Shown here: positions 42,771-56,920 of the stretch, piece after piece
Position numbering within the stretch: the stretch's first letter is position 1
How the letters are laid out: each line of letters begins with the position of its first letter
From: Epiperipatus broadwayi
Taxonomy: Eukaryota > Animalia > Onychophora
Length of the DNA stretch: 64,000 bases
NCBI GenBank assembly: GCA_028023455.1
Contig: JAQFVV010000004.1
Span: 11,718,001-11,782,000 of the forward strand
Direction of reading: 5' to 3'
Position numbers and translations under genes: made by a program
Notes under the pieces: generated by a model
The model's input: the letters and a program-made list of their open reading frames with translations, nothing else
Databases searched by the model: none
Told to the model about the DNA's origin: nothing

Positions 42771-44977
42771 ACTTTTGAATGTTATTACCATTTCATAACT
42801 TGATTATATTGTCTTAGATAGGTAAAAAAATTAAAATTTGTTAAATCTTTCAGATTCAACTGAGAGGAAATTGTATCTCTATGCACATAGAATTATGTTT
42901 GCAGAAAATGTTCAATGGAAAAATATAAAAGTACCTTTATAATTTATATTATTATGTCAATAATATTATTTAATTTTATTTTCATTACTTTATAATTCAA
43001 TACATACATCATATGCTTCAGGAAAGGAAAAGAAATCCATTCATCTGGCTGATGATCTTAACTAGGGCTTATATTTGGGGTAGGGTTTATTTTATTAGCA
43101 TCCTGACAAATAGTGTTAAGGGTTATTTTCTGGTTAGATCTTATTTTGGAGGAAACACAATATATAAAATCTCCATATATGTTTTTTCAATAAGAGTTTT
43201 AAAAATATATATTTCTCTCTTTAAAAAAATCCACATCTTATAATTTTTTCAGTTTTAATGATTTCATATTTATTATTATCATATATGACTTTGTTGCTTA
43301 TTTTTTTAATATTTTGTTCACTGAAATGTCCTGATTTCTTTTCCTAATCTAGAAAATCATTATTTTATATTGTAAATTAAATTATAAAAATTATCTGATT
43401 AAATGGAAGCCTTAATAGACTTTATAAGTTTCTTCTTTTCCAAATATATTGTCTCTGTACTAATTATAAGATTTACAATATCTTCAGTAACCATTCAATT
43501 TCCTTTTTTCATAAGTTTTGTTTCACTTTCTTCTAATTTTTAGTGAAAAACATTTAAATATGTTTATTTAGTTTGATTTTTAAAAGATGAATGTGCGTAT
43601 TAACTTCTAGATTTTTGATCTTATTCCTATCATATCAAAAGCAAAATTAAGTAAAAAGGCCACCTGCACTTTTATTAATAAACATTGCATTTATATTTTA
43701 TGCAAATTGAAATAAAATGCAAACATTGTTTTTTATTTTAAAATTCATTAGGGATTGTCGTTGAATCAGAGTATTTAAAACACTGTCATTTTCATTCTTG
43801 CACAAAATCAAATTATTATAACCAATTATGACTCATTTCTGTAATTATCTATAAATTATAAACACAGCAATATTTGAAGTAAAACTTCATATATCAAATA
43901 AACTTTTATCATAGATATTATTACAAAAATATTAGAAATATACATATTGATAAACATGCAAAATCTAGTAATTTATTTAAAATGTCTCAATACTTCTGGT
44001 AATCTAAAAGAAATAATTAAAAAAATTAAGAGAATTTATTTAAAAATTAATGTAGCTGTTCTTCTAAAACATAACAAATAAATATATTAATATGTTTTTT
44101 CTCTCTCTTTTGTATGGTCACATATAAATAAAAAATATTTTTTTTTGACCCAAATCCCAGGATAAAAATTCATAATGATAAAATATTTCTCTATAAATGA
44201 TTAAAATGTAGATTAATGTTGTTATTAATATAATAATAACCCATAATATATGTAAAGGAACTAGGAACTCTTAAAGATCTTCCACAGAAAAACAATAAAA
44301 AAGTATACTTATCACTAAGATTGACTTTTGCCAAGTGAAAGAATAATTTACGCCTTTTATTTCTTACTTTATTTTTTAGTTAATGAGAGTTAAATATCAA
44401 TTTGCAAATAAACAAATTGATACTAATTAACTTGACTGTGACTTGGCCAGATATCTGAAAAAAATATTGAGTTGTTTAGAAATTTTTCATAACTTAAAAA
44501 CGTTCCCAAATTTCACATAAATTTGAAGCCCAACTTATATGCATGTATAGGCCCATTATCCATGTAAGATTATAAATATATTATTTCTAAATTAAAAAAT
44601 GTAATTACTACACACTGCTTATTTATCTTGATTTATGTGATTTTATTAAAATTGGTGTTTATGATACAACTTTTTTATAAAAAAATAAAGAACTTCATTT
44701 ATTCCTTCCGAATCAAAAATCAACATTATGAATTTGATGTTTTAATATTCCTAAATAAAATAAAAAAAATAAAATAAATAAAATAAATAAAAGTTATTAG
44801 AGAAAATGGTGATTGGAACATTAATTTTATTATAATTCTAAATAAATTTATTAGTTAGATATAGATTTATAGATTATAGTGTAAATATGTTTACATATGA
44901 ATGTGTTATGGTTAATCCATAATATATTTCATATAATTTGATTGTATTATATAAATTGTATACATATATACTTTTAG

Positions 44978-45045
44978 CTGAACATGCGTTTATCAGCGAA
45001 CTTCGCCTCAAGTCTCGGGCATTTGAAAGAATGAAGCTTAAATAG
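44978..45045 (+). CDS. Possible terminal exon (x-EHAFISELRLKSRAFERMKLK* in phase 1), or a 3' UTR exon
   Basis: Acceptor atatatacttttag| followed by a CpG-rich block with a short open frame ending in TAG. Confidence 0.4.
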
Positions 45046-46366
45046 TTTACAGAACTTTACAAAGAATAAGAAGTCAAACGTGACATATAGCTGAATGCCA
45101 TTTTTCATGGATGCAATATTGTAATAATTCACTTAATTTGTGTTATTTTTCTTCTTCATTTTTAAGTGACTTGATGTGTTGTTATTTGTTTATTACTGCT
45201 ATTTTTTTTAAAAAAGGTATATAACAACCTAATAATTATGTTTAAAATGTGGTTTGGTCATGCTGTTTTATGTGTAACAATTTTTTTACATATTCAGATG
45301 CCTACAATATATAATACTATTTATTTTAAAGCAACCTGTCTTTCAGAATCTTATTTAAAATGTGCCTCTATTGTAAATTTATGTATCTAATTATCAGTCT
45401 ATGCAAAGTGTTTTTTTTTTAATTTTGTAAATTTTATCTTAAAAAAAAATAAGAAAGCCATATATGTGTAAAGTAAATTTTAATAATATATTCTAACTAT
45501 GATAAAATATTAAATATTTTATAAAGTGATGTAAAATTTGCTGCATCAACTTTATATATTTAACATTTTTTAAAGCATTTTTTGTTTGTCATTTATTGCT
45601 GAGTTCTACATCTCCACACACTTAAATAAAAGCCAGCAAAAACTTACAATTAATAATATAAGATTAAAAAAATAATTTTCTTATTTTTAAAGCGTGAAAA
45701 AAATGCTACAATTCTGTACCTTTTTTTAAGAAAATTAATGCTGTTGTTTTTTTCTACAGTATTAAAAAAAGTTTTTTTTATTATTCTCATACATAATCTA
45801 CTACTCAATTTTATGTTAATTTTATTTAAAAATACTTCAAATAGACTAATCTATACAATTGTAATTTATTATAATATTGTTTCATTTCTTTTATTTGTTT
45901 TTAAATATATTTTAAACTAACATTTTAAAACATTTTCAAAATAATCCCGATAACGTTTTTTTTAATTTCAAAGCAAGGCTACAAACGTTGCAAATATATT
46001 CGTAAAAAAAAAAATCACATAGCAATTTTAAATCCTTGATAATCTATGGAAATAAAAAAGAAATACTAATTTTTCATAAAATATCCCAAACTAATGAAGT
46101 TTTCTTTTTCTTGGTGATTTTTAAAAAAATATAAATGTGTAAGAAAGTTATTTGCAAAATAATATCTAATATTCAGCTATAAAAAAAATTAGATATTTCT
46201 AATAAAGTTATAAACATAATCAAAAGTTTCACAAAATTTTAAAAAAAATCTTACTGTTTATATATAAAAAAAAAAAAACTGAAAACAATCTAACATATTG
46301 AAACAGCTATACCAGAATAACAATTTAATTTTAAGATTAAATAACATTTATAATATAATTTCAATG

Positions 46367-46643
46367 CATTCATTTTAAATTTATTTAAACGCACATTGAT
46401 TATGTAAGTAATATTTACTAAGGCTGTAACCTCAAGAATGTGCGAAAAAAGATAGTAGGAACCTCTACAGGTCTTAATCACAAGCTTACGTTTTGGAAGA
46501 AAAGAGAAACATTTAAAAAAGGGGAATCCTTCTTTTCTTCCAAAACGTAAGCTTGTGGTTAAGACTTGTAGAGGTCCCTACTATCGCATTTTTTTCACAC
46601 ATTCTTGGGGTTACAGCCTTAGTAAATATTACATTCATTTTAA
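46367..46643. mobile_element. About 220-bp hairpin insertion with tail and 12-bp TSD
   Basis: Direct repeat CATTCATTTTAA at 46367-46378 and 46632-46643. Inverted repeat 46408-46632, tail 46379-46407. Confidence 0.85.
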
Positions 46644-47191
46644 TAAAAAGTTCTCATCTTCTTTGTTTCTATTTTTGATAATGTTTGAGATCTAGAAATT
46701 AATTGGTTGTTTATGAACAGAATAAACTAGCAATTTTACTGTTGGTTAATAAGTAATTGAAGCATAGTACTATTTAAGGATCCATTATTCTTAATTTGCA
46801 ACTTTTGACTTTTAGTATGTTTACTGGCATTTTGTCTTTTCCACTTAGTTAACTAAAGAAAAAGTCGTCATTTATATTTCAAACTCAGAATCTTAAAATT
46901 TTTCTGTCATTTACTGCTATAAAAATATTATTTTAAACCTCTTTAAATTTCTGAATTTGTTGTTTTGCTCTGTACTTAATGTTCATAATTCTTTTAAGTA
47001 CAGAGCCTGTAAAATGCTATATATATATATTCACTATGAGTATGTTGTTTTGTAGTCAGCTTTTATAATAGGATGCTAATAAGAGCCTGATAAAAATTTT
47101 AGTTTCTAAATATCAATTTTAAGTTATTTCATTCTCTCTATATGGTTTATTAAATACAATAGTTAATTTTTTAGTTATATTTTATAGGTAT

Positions 47192-47457
47192 AAAATATGT
47201 TTCAACAGCATTCTTTTTTCCTCACCGCTTCTATGATAGGGTTTAATAATTCCATATCCAGTACTATCCTATTTATTATTCATAGACTAATTTCAAGCTA
47301 ATCTGGAAATATTGGATAGCACTGGATAAGGATTTATTAAGCCCTATCATAAGTGCAAGGATGTGGTGAAGAATAAAAAGTAAACTGCTGACATAACATT
47401 TAGTGAGCTAGTCATGTGATAAAGTCATATGATATTTTGCTGCTTAGAAAATATGTT
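47192..47457. mobile_element. Older hairpin insertion with tail
   Basis: Inverted repeat core 47232-47351 extending imperfectly to 47206-47380. Candidate 10-bp TSD AAAATATGTT. The tail contains GTCATGTGAT. Confidence 0.55.
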
Positions 47458-49235
47458 GTGGGAAAAGAGTAATTGAAATTCTGTACAATGTTAAAGTCAG
47501 TTCATCTACAAGAAAGGTATGGCCATTTTTAAACAACTATCATAGTTTTTTTGAACATGTAAGTGTTAAATTAGAACATCTAAACAGTTGCAAGAAAATG
47601 TCTTTATGAGCTATTATGAGCCACAATAACTGCATTACCAGCAATGAGTTATGTTGAACAGTGAACCATCTGATCAATAGTATGTAAAGACATATGCATC
47701 CATGTTTATTAAGGCAGCAAAGAAAAATTATAAATAGTTGTGGAAGCAAAAGCAATTTCATTTTTCCCATCTTGATCACAACATATTTAATTTATTAGCA
47801 AACAGAATGCAAGATTTAATATTTTTATGAAAAATGTGCTCTCTGGTCTTCTGTGAAATCATTGTCTACTTAATGTATAGAATATCCTTACTAAATGAAT
47901 AAAACTGATAAAGAATAATTTACTTACTTTTTAGTTTTCTTAGAACTGTCAAGGAATGAGTATAGATTAATATTGTGTTCCAATAAATACTTTCTCAGTA
48001 AATCAATGAAAACAATTTTAAAATAATTAATGTGAAGACTTTACTATTGAGTTTGGTCAACTTTAAACCATCATTGTCATCTGTTTTTATTTCAAAATGA
48101 TGTACAAATTTTAGCTTAAATTTATTAGAGTTTCTGATATTTATGAAAGTCAGTTGTTAATACTGTCCTCTTTAATAGCTTTTATTTTGTTTTGCATTAA
48201 GATATGTATTTTCTGCTAAAGCTATTAATTGCGTTATCTCAAAATACACATTTTCTATAAGATTAGTATAATCCAACTCTACTGTACTTTCATTTGAATG
48301 CTTCCATATCCAGTTCTGCTTTGAATTTTTTTTTCAGTAAATAAATTCTTATTATACATACTTTATTTTTCTTAAAATTGATAATTCTATTTCCTTTTTT
48401 ATTTTTATAACAATATCCAGATTTACTCAATATTTTTATCTTTCAATCATCCATCATTAAAATATTCTTTGACAATTTTAAAATATTGTTTCATCTAAAC
48501 AAAACTATTTTGTACGTCAAAATAAAAATTCTATACTTCATTATAATAAAAACCTATTGAGACATAAACTTAAACTTAAATTATCTGCTTTTTCTATCTT
48601 CCACTAATTTGAAAAATTAAATTTGCTTAATATCTAATATATCATAAAAGGACAATATAATTCTTCCTTTTTTAATTTAAAATGGATCCTATTTCATTCA
48701 TTATTTTAATATTTGTATCTTAGTTCACTTGTTCTTTATTTTATTTAGATTTACAAATTAGGACAATAAGTCTTATAATATACAACAGTTCTCAAATTCA
48801 TTCAATCTTCTTTCATTTTAAAGTAACATTTAACTGTAAGCAGTTAATAATTTAATCGTCATCAAATTGAAACTATATCACAAGTTTCGTTATTCCTATT
48901 ATTTTTTGCCTTTAGTATCTAATTGTTACTATGGTTAATAAATTTATAGCCTATAAAATATAAGGGCAATAATTTATTTTTATCTATCACAAATGTAAAA
49001 AAAAATTATCAAACATTTAGATATTTATCTTGATTGCAAGAAAACAAAATTAATATCTCATTTACAAATCAGTTCAAAAATAAAATGTAATAAACTTATT
49101 ATGCATTTTGATAAATAGCCCATCTATATTTATTTTACTATTGCAATAAGAATGTATGGAGAATACATTAAGAATTTGTCCTACTTGGTTTTAATAAAGC
49201 ATTAAAAAGAAATTAAATATATTTTTTGTTTAACT

Positions 49236-49790
49236 ATATATATATAATTATTCAAACAATACAATAATTAATACAGTAACAATATTTTAAACAAATATAT
49301 ACCAATTTAATAGAAGTACTTTCAACTATCTATGTAGTCGTTGTCAACTAGACTCAAATTGTATTAGAAAAAACCGTTACAAATGTAAACAAAAGTAATA
49401 CGTCATACATCAATTTTCCCACAATTCATTAATTTTTATATTGGCTGCCTGTCTATTTATCAACTGTTGCTTTTCACTTTTTATTAACATAGCTTCTTTA
49501 ATTTTGCGTTTATTATTATTTCTTTCAATACACAGAATTTTAACTTTATTAAAATCAAAATCAAAACCATAATTACATGTTACATTATGATCAAAAAATA
49601 CTGATGGTGATACATCATCATTTCTAACATTCTCTTGTCTTAATTTTTGCACTCGTTTATATAATAACAAATGCTCCTTTGATCTTTTCTCCAATGTATT
49701 TATTGTTACTGTATTAATTATTGTATTGTTTGAATAATTATATATATTTTATTATAATTGGAATACAGACATTGATTAATAATTTATATA
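49236..49790 (-). mobile_element. 5'-truncated Penelope-like element (GIY-YIG C-terminus plus 3' UTR) with an inverted 47-bp 3' end and tail, inserted in (TA)n
   Basis: ORF 49410-49694 reads RSKEH...FDFNKVKILCIE...KRKIKEAMLIK..LIN. Inverted repeats at 49238-49284 and 49701-49747, tail 49748-49784. Degenerate hammerhead TTGACAA-c-GACTA..TAGTT-GAAA-GTAC-TTC at 49313-49347. Confidence 0.85.
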
Positions 49791-51605
49791 TATATATATA
49801 TTATATCCATGTAAACAGAGATAACATAACCAATTCATATTGCCAGGAAACTATCAATTACTATTAATTGACAATCCTGCAGAGCTAAACAAGTTTTCTC
49901 TATTAACCTATAATAGTTTCTTTGTTGGGAGTTTATTAAAGTAAAAGGGGAACTTCTTTCACTTCAAACCCAAATTCTTACAAAGATTTAAACCTAGAAA
50001 ACTTTTAATATGTGGAAGAATGCAGAAGAATAGTATCTTTCTTAACATCCTGCAAATAGTAACTAACCTCCAGAGAGTTGTATTTATATTTTTTCATGGA
50101 TGTTTCATTTTAATAAAGAATGAAAATTAAGAGATTATATTCATGTAAGCAAAGATAATCTTACATTTTGATGCTGCTGGGAAACTATCGATTACTGCTA
50201 ATTGACAATCTTTCTGAAGCTTAACAAGATTTACCTTCACTTTTAGCCTGGAAAAGTTCATCTTGATTAGATAGTCCTAAATAAAAAGCTTTCTAATTGA
50301 ATAATTATAAATGAATTACTCCCCACACTAAATATTTTCATCTGAATATCCATTATAAATATATAATATTTTAAATACCCCATAACTAAATTTTTCAGCC
50401 ACACTTTCCTTATAAATAAAAGCCTGAAGTTTGCAGCACATTCAAAAAAAGCTATATACATATATATAATCAATAAAGCAAGTCATATATTGTGTGACAT
50501 TGATTTTATAAGCTTGTATTTACAAACATGTAATATAGAGAGTGTACTAATAGCTCAAAGAAGCTGTTATTGATAAGTGCAGTAAGAGAAAATATATTTA
50601 TAAAAATACCATCAAGTGAAATATGTATATATATGGCAAATTGAACTAGAGTAAATTTTTTATGGCACAAGTTATATTCATTTATTTGCTATAAAAAAAA
50701 TCAACAAAATCTCTCAATACATGACATATGTTTTAGGATCAATTTTTATTGTCAACTGCCTAAAGACCATCAAATATCCAAGTCAACAATAAGATTATTT
50801 AATTATATATTTTTATGTGATTTAATTATTTAAGGTTTAAATGATAATGTGTGTATATGGATCTCCCTTATTAGTTTATTAGTGATATAGAAATAGACTT
50901 TATTATGTGAAATGGCTGCATTAATTACTTAGAATTTAATATCAAATTATTTGTGGTGTTGCAGTTTAATCCAAGATGCTACTGCTCCATTATCATGTAA
51001 ATCAGACACTCTTTGGTCAGTTGACTGGAAAGCTTGTTTTTGGATTCCACATAACCTATAGATCGGTTCAGTTTTTTATATCACATTGTCCTAGAATGAT
51101 TATAACTTGTGCCATGAAAAAGGTATATCCTTTCAACATATTTTATATACATATTAATTAACTTAAAATATTAGGTATATTATATATAATTCAAAATATA
51201 TATTATTTAAAAATGTATATACAAATAAAAAGACATATGCACCAAAAATAAATTAAAATATGAGAGATAAATATATACTCCATACATATTTATTTATGAT
51301 AATTAACTTCCATATATTTGAATGAATTAAATTAAATTTGATTATTTAAAAAAAAATCTAATATCTTAACCTTTTTTTCTAAATAAAAATTTTAATTTGT
51401 CTTTGTTTATACTCTTTAATAACCATTGTAACAATGATTATATAAATATATATATGATAAACACAGCAAGTTATAAATTTCGTAACTTGCTTTTAGCTTG
51501 CATTTTATGATCACTAGATGGAGCTTTACCAATAGTTCCTAACAAGCTTTGTTTACATAAACGCCAAGAGAGAATCAGAATTCAATATCTCTTTCATTGT
51601 CTCCA

Positions 51606-51650
51606 CCTTCAGACCATGGTTTCAAGCTAGTTGGCTCACATCCATAAAGG
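51606..51650 (-). ncRNA. Degenerate minimal hammerhead (pseudo-ribozyme)
   Basis: cctt..tggatgt-GAGC-caacta-GCTT-GAAA-CCATGG-TC-tgaagg. The 5' core is mutated, and the 3' half matches the 1847 ribozyme. Confidence 0.45.
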
Positions 51651-53377
51651 GTTGGAAGACTAGAAACTAGATATATATATATATATTCTTAGATATTATT
51701 TGATATGTGTAGATTCTATAAAAATATCACATTCTGATATTATTTACTTTAAATTCACAAAATATTTAACTTTATTTTCAATATTCAGTAATATTATTCT
51801 CTTTTTTTCATATGAAAAACATTTTTCTAAAGTATTTTATCAAATAAAAATTGAAAATATTTTTATTTTGAAAGTATTTTTATTTTTTGGCTTTATATTG
51901 TCAATTAATTACTAAATACATGCAAATATTTTAAAACATTCAAATTTTTAACAATGTCTAAATAATCTGATGAGACTAATTTGTTTATACAATAATCTGA
52001 CATTAAGTGTTTGGAATAAATATTATTTAATATTAAATACTATAAAACTCCTATTAATTATTGATTAATACAATGAGATTTGCTATTAGAGGTAATAAAT
52101 TTCAGTGTTATAGTTTAGAACAAACATGCCATTCAACATTGCCATAAACAGAAAAATTATAATATAATGTCTAAAATATAAATGTAAAGATATTCAAAAT
52201 GCATAAACAATCTATTCCTAGTGAAAACTATAAACAAACTTTCCATAATTAAAAAATATTACACATGAAAAGCATAAACAATTCTTTGTCAATGTTTATG
52301 TTATTTAGCTTTTTTATACACTTTTTTTGGCTTATGGCAAAAATTGTATTTGTAGCAGAATATATAGTTAAAAAAATAATTTCACTGCTATGGGCATGAA
52401 TAAGCAAATAACTGACCTAAAATTGATAAGACAACATTACACTCTATAATAAAAATAATGTCTCAATCTAATTAAAGCAGAAAGATTCTGAAAGCCTTAT
52501 GTACACATGCATGCTATTTCAGCCAAGGAACCTTACCTCAACATATAACATTTCCATTTATTATAGGATTTTGATTTTAGTGTAAAAAGTGCACTTTGTA
52601 GCATGTTTATGAGATGTATTTTTATAATGTAATCCATAATACTATTATTAATCAATCAAAAAGCTATAATGTTTTTAAGAATAATTAGATTGTTCAATAT
52701 ATTAAATATTAATTATTACATAAAAATGACACTTCATTAGATTCGAAATATAATAAGTATGAGCAATGAAATAAAATATAAACTATATCAAAAATTAACA
52801 TCATTAAAATCTTATTTTATACTATCCTAATAAATTCAAATGGTGCAAAGCACATTATGTTAAAACTTTAAGCTTCACCTTCTCATCATTTAGCTTATAT
52901 CTAAAACCTCACCACTTTCAATTCAGTAAAATCATATAAAATATATTTAATATAAAAAAACTTTATTTAATTCCTACAAACATATAATGTGTATAGCTGC
53001 TAATTATCATCATTCTAACAGCAACACTATCTGAATTTTATCTGCCATTACACTATCCAGAAAATATATTGAGATATCCATACTACAAAAGAAATGGCAA
53101 CTAAAATCCTGTGGTAACACTGGTGTTATAATACTATTAAAAAAATTTAGAGACGCTGGTGAATCTGAAACTGTGTTTACATTATATAACTGTTTATAGA
53201 AATATATTTGTAAATTTAAAAACGTCATTAGTAGTTCTCAATAGGAAAACGACATCTGAAGCATTATCCAAAGAAGAAAAAGAAACAAAAAATTACTAGC
53301 CAGATTAAAATAAAAATGGATATCAAAAAACAATTATAAAACTATGTGAAATGTAAAAATTTTAAAGTTTTATTTAT

Positions 53378-53436
53378 CCTGGATTCAAACCTAAAGTCAT
53401 AAGCATAGCAGATAGATGTTCTAACCAGTATGTCAT
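53378..53436 (-). mobile_element. tRNA-derived SINE head remnant
   Basis: A-box-like ctggttagaac and B-box-like ggtttgaatcc at tRNA spacing, with no full cloverleaf. Confidence 0.35.
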
Positions 53437-54885
53437 AAAATCGTATATGTATATATATCTGAGCAAGGAAATATTGCCATTGCTAATTATTATGGTTGAT
53501 GTTTAGACATAGCGCAATTGATGAGGAGTTTGATGTCTTAAAACCCATGATTTTTTTATTGTAGATATCTTTTTTTTAAACTTTTGCTTAATGGCTGGAG
53601 TAGAGGCTTAATGGTTTTATTCTAGCTTACTGGGATTTAACTTCAAAAATTGATTTTTTTAGTAATTTTGAATAATAGTGTATTTTTTATATATTGAAAA
53701 TGTTTTAAATATACTTTGTTGTTGTTTTACTTTGTATTATTTTAATTACATTATAAAAAAAGATTTAAATATAAAACCTTGTGACCATACCAAAATTTGT
53801 ATATATTTTGAAATTGCTTTTATTCGGGCATTAACAAATAAGTTAACTGCAAATATATTGAATTGAGCACAATCAATTACTTCTTGTTGTGGTTTATTAC
53901 TTTACAAATTACGAATTTATATTTAATCCACAATTAATATTGATTATGTGATAAATATGTTTCTAACTACTTTTATTTAAGTACTTTTTCCAATGATTGA
54001 TAAAGGATGTCCAACCATTTAAAACTTTTTATTGTCAATAAGTCTATTCTTTAAAAAAAAAAATTATATCTTGAGTTTGTGTTTTATATAATCTTTGTAA
54101 ATTATAATTAAAATTCCCTGGTTGTGAAGTAGTGTCAGTCGTGTTCAATTTTTGTAAAACGATTCGCTGACCTGCTACATATTAACTCCATAACGCTTAG
54201 CATTAAAATGATTTTGTCATCCGAAGCAGTTGCCTTATTTGTTTATTTCTTTTAGTGACTTTTGCCATTTTACTAATTGATTGTGACTTTTTGTATGTGA
54301 TTAGATCTTATTTACTTCATTTCATAAAAATGCAAACTTTTCATATTTTTAAAACTTTTCACATTTTTTATACATATAAAGACTGAATTATTACTATTCA
54401 GTTTTAACAATCAATCACCCGCACACACACAAAAAAAAATAAAAAATAACTATTTTTTTAGAAAATAGTAAAGCCAGATCCCTTTCTTTATGATCAATTT
54501 AGTAGCTATAATAATAATGTATAATGGTATAAATAATTTTAAAAGTATTTACTTTAAATAAAATATTTAAACTGTATTTTTAGTGCGTGTTTGTATTATT
54601 TATAATTTTGGTACTTAAAAATGCTATAATTTTAATGTATTTATCAAATTTATAATAATACTTACAATGTTCATACCTATTTAAACATTAAAATTATTAT
54701 TATATAGTCTAGAACATGTGACATTCATCATAAAATGTATTGTTATCCCGATTTATATATATATCTTATTTTGTAAAAGAATACTAAACAAAAATTTATT
54801 CAATACAAATTATAACAAAAGATGATTTTTAATAAAAATTCATATCACTTATATATATTCTATCAATTTTAATAACCATATATAT

Positions 54886-55069
54886 CAATGGCTCTCAATC
54901 TTCCTAATGTCGTGATCCTTTAATACATTTCCTTATGTTGTGGTGACCTCCAACTGTAATTTTGCTACTGTTATGAATGGGAAATGTGTTTTTCAATGGT
55001 CTTAGTGATCCCTGTGAAAAGGTTGTTCGACCCTCAAAGAGGTCATGACTCTCAGGTATAGAACCACTG
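54886..55069. mobile_element. hAT-Charlie MITE resembling SPIN/URR1
   Basis: TIRs CAATGGCTCTCAATC / GTATAGAACCACTG (cf. CAGTGGTTCTCAACC). The internal sequence cctaatg..cctttaataca..tgttgtggtgacc..ctgtaattttgctactgttatgaat..ggtcttag..ccctgtgaaa.gg..gttcgaccc matches my recollection of the URR1/SPIN consensus. Degenerate 8-bp TSD atatatat/gtataaat. Confidence 0.8.
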
Positions 55070-56023
55070 GTATAAATAAATATTGGGTATTAAATATATA
55101 ATAATGAGAACATACTGTAATATTTCTAATTCATCATATACATTATTATAAGAAACCTTCTCAAGTAAGACTTTTTAGAAGACATTCTTATCTATTTAGC
55201 AGATTAACACAAGAGACATTTTTTGCATTCTAGAAGTTCTGGATGTGAAATCTTCTTCTAGTATAATCATATCAAGAATTTGAAATATTACTTTTATATA
55301 ATTAAAAATAAAAATTATTATATTGCAGGTTTTAATGAGTAAACTTCATGTTCCGTATTTTTCACCAATCAATAGTTATCTGAATATGTAGTAACCATAT
55401 TATGGATTAAGATCATGTATGTGGATTCTTATACTTACAAAAAATACAGGCTCACATTCTTTAGTTTGGGTTAAAAAATGCCTTTCATTTTTAAGGAGGT
55501 GCTCACTTTGTACCAAGTCTATAAAAATATTGAAGTATTTTCTGTTTGTTTATTCACAAATTGCACAATAAAATATTAAATTTCTATTCAGTTTCAAGTT
55601 TTAAAGGTAATTTAAACTAGTGATAGTTAAATTTTCAGGATCCTTAAAATAAGGAGAATATAACAACAGGCAAAATATTTTCTAGTTTTATTAACTTGGT
55701 GCTTAAATTTTCTTAATGGATAATAATAATGAAATTCTGGAAACATATTGAAGTTGGGTTTATTAAGTAACAAAAAAAATTCTAGCAATTTATTATTCTT
55801 TAATAGATGATAAACTGACTATTATTTTTATATATTCAGCATATAAATACTTCTACTGACTTTTTATAATGTTTTCAACAAGTCATTTATAATTGATGAA
55901 AACTTAACATAAGCAGTTTAAAATTTAAGTCCTTAATTTTTATTGATTGATAATTTGAGGAATCATTTATCTAAAGCAAACCTTATCAAGTAAAAATAAT
56001 AAAACTTATTATGCTGGAATACA

Positions 56024-56361
56024 TTAGATGTTGTATAAAATACTAGTGTTCTACTTCACCTCTGAGTAGTAAGTAATTTAAACTGCGCTTTACGCAAAAA
56101 GTAAAGCTTGCAAAATATTGCAGATGACAACTGTGCAATAAACCGAAAAGAAACGTGCTTTGCAATCTCCAGAAAATGGTCATTATGAAAGAAAATATGA
56201 ATAAATTTTGCATAAATCATCACTAAACTTCAATTAAGATAGGCTATGAATATGGAGACTTAAGTTCTCTGAAAGCACTTGGCCATATTACCCTTTAATA
56301 ATATTTTGCAAGCTTCACTTTTTTGTGTAAAGCGCAGTTTAAATTACTTAGATGTTGTATA
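56024..56361. mobile_element. Inverted-repeat insertion with tail and 14-bp TSD
   Basis: Direct repeat TTAGATGTTGTATA at 56024-56037 and 56348-56361. About 50-bp arms at 56070-56118 and 56300-56350, tail 56038-56069. Confidence 0.85.
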
Positions 56362-56920
56362 GAAAATCATAAAAGACACTTGGGACTCAAAAGTTGCAGT
56401 TTGATTTATGACTCATCTAGAAATTATAAATATGGTAGTGTTAAAAGTACACATATCAAAAATTAATTAAGTTCAGCTATTCCAAAGTTGTATTACATTA
56501 TTTCACTACATGAAATAACAGAGCAATATAACTAAAAGTCTTTATGTAACCCACAACAATGCAAAGACATTGCTAATAACACCTTCTTAAAAGAATGGTA
56601 AATTAAGGTATTAATCACAAGCTTACCAACTGCTAGTGTCACCATTTTTAGAGGTTTTCTAACTGTACTTCTAGTTTTACCTTTAACTACATTTAATTTT
56701 TTTTTTTAATTGCTACTATCACTGAGTAGAAAATTAGGTTAGACATGGGATGGATATCTAAAAGCAAAATCCTAATAATGTTTTCTTTACTAAAACAATT
56801 TGAAAATTTTCCTGTTCAGAATTTAAATTAAAGTTATGAATAGGATAAACACATGCATTAATGGTTAAAACAGAAGGCATTCAACATTACATTATGTAAT
56901 TCATTGGCAACTGCAGTTAC

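Noticed and set aside
51966-52000. CTGATGA-GAC..GTT hammerhead-like start
   Set aside because: GAAA and stems I and III are absent.
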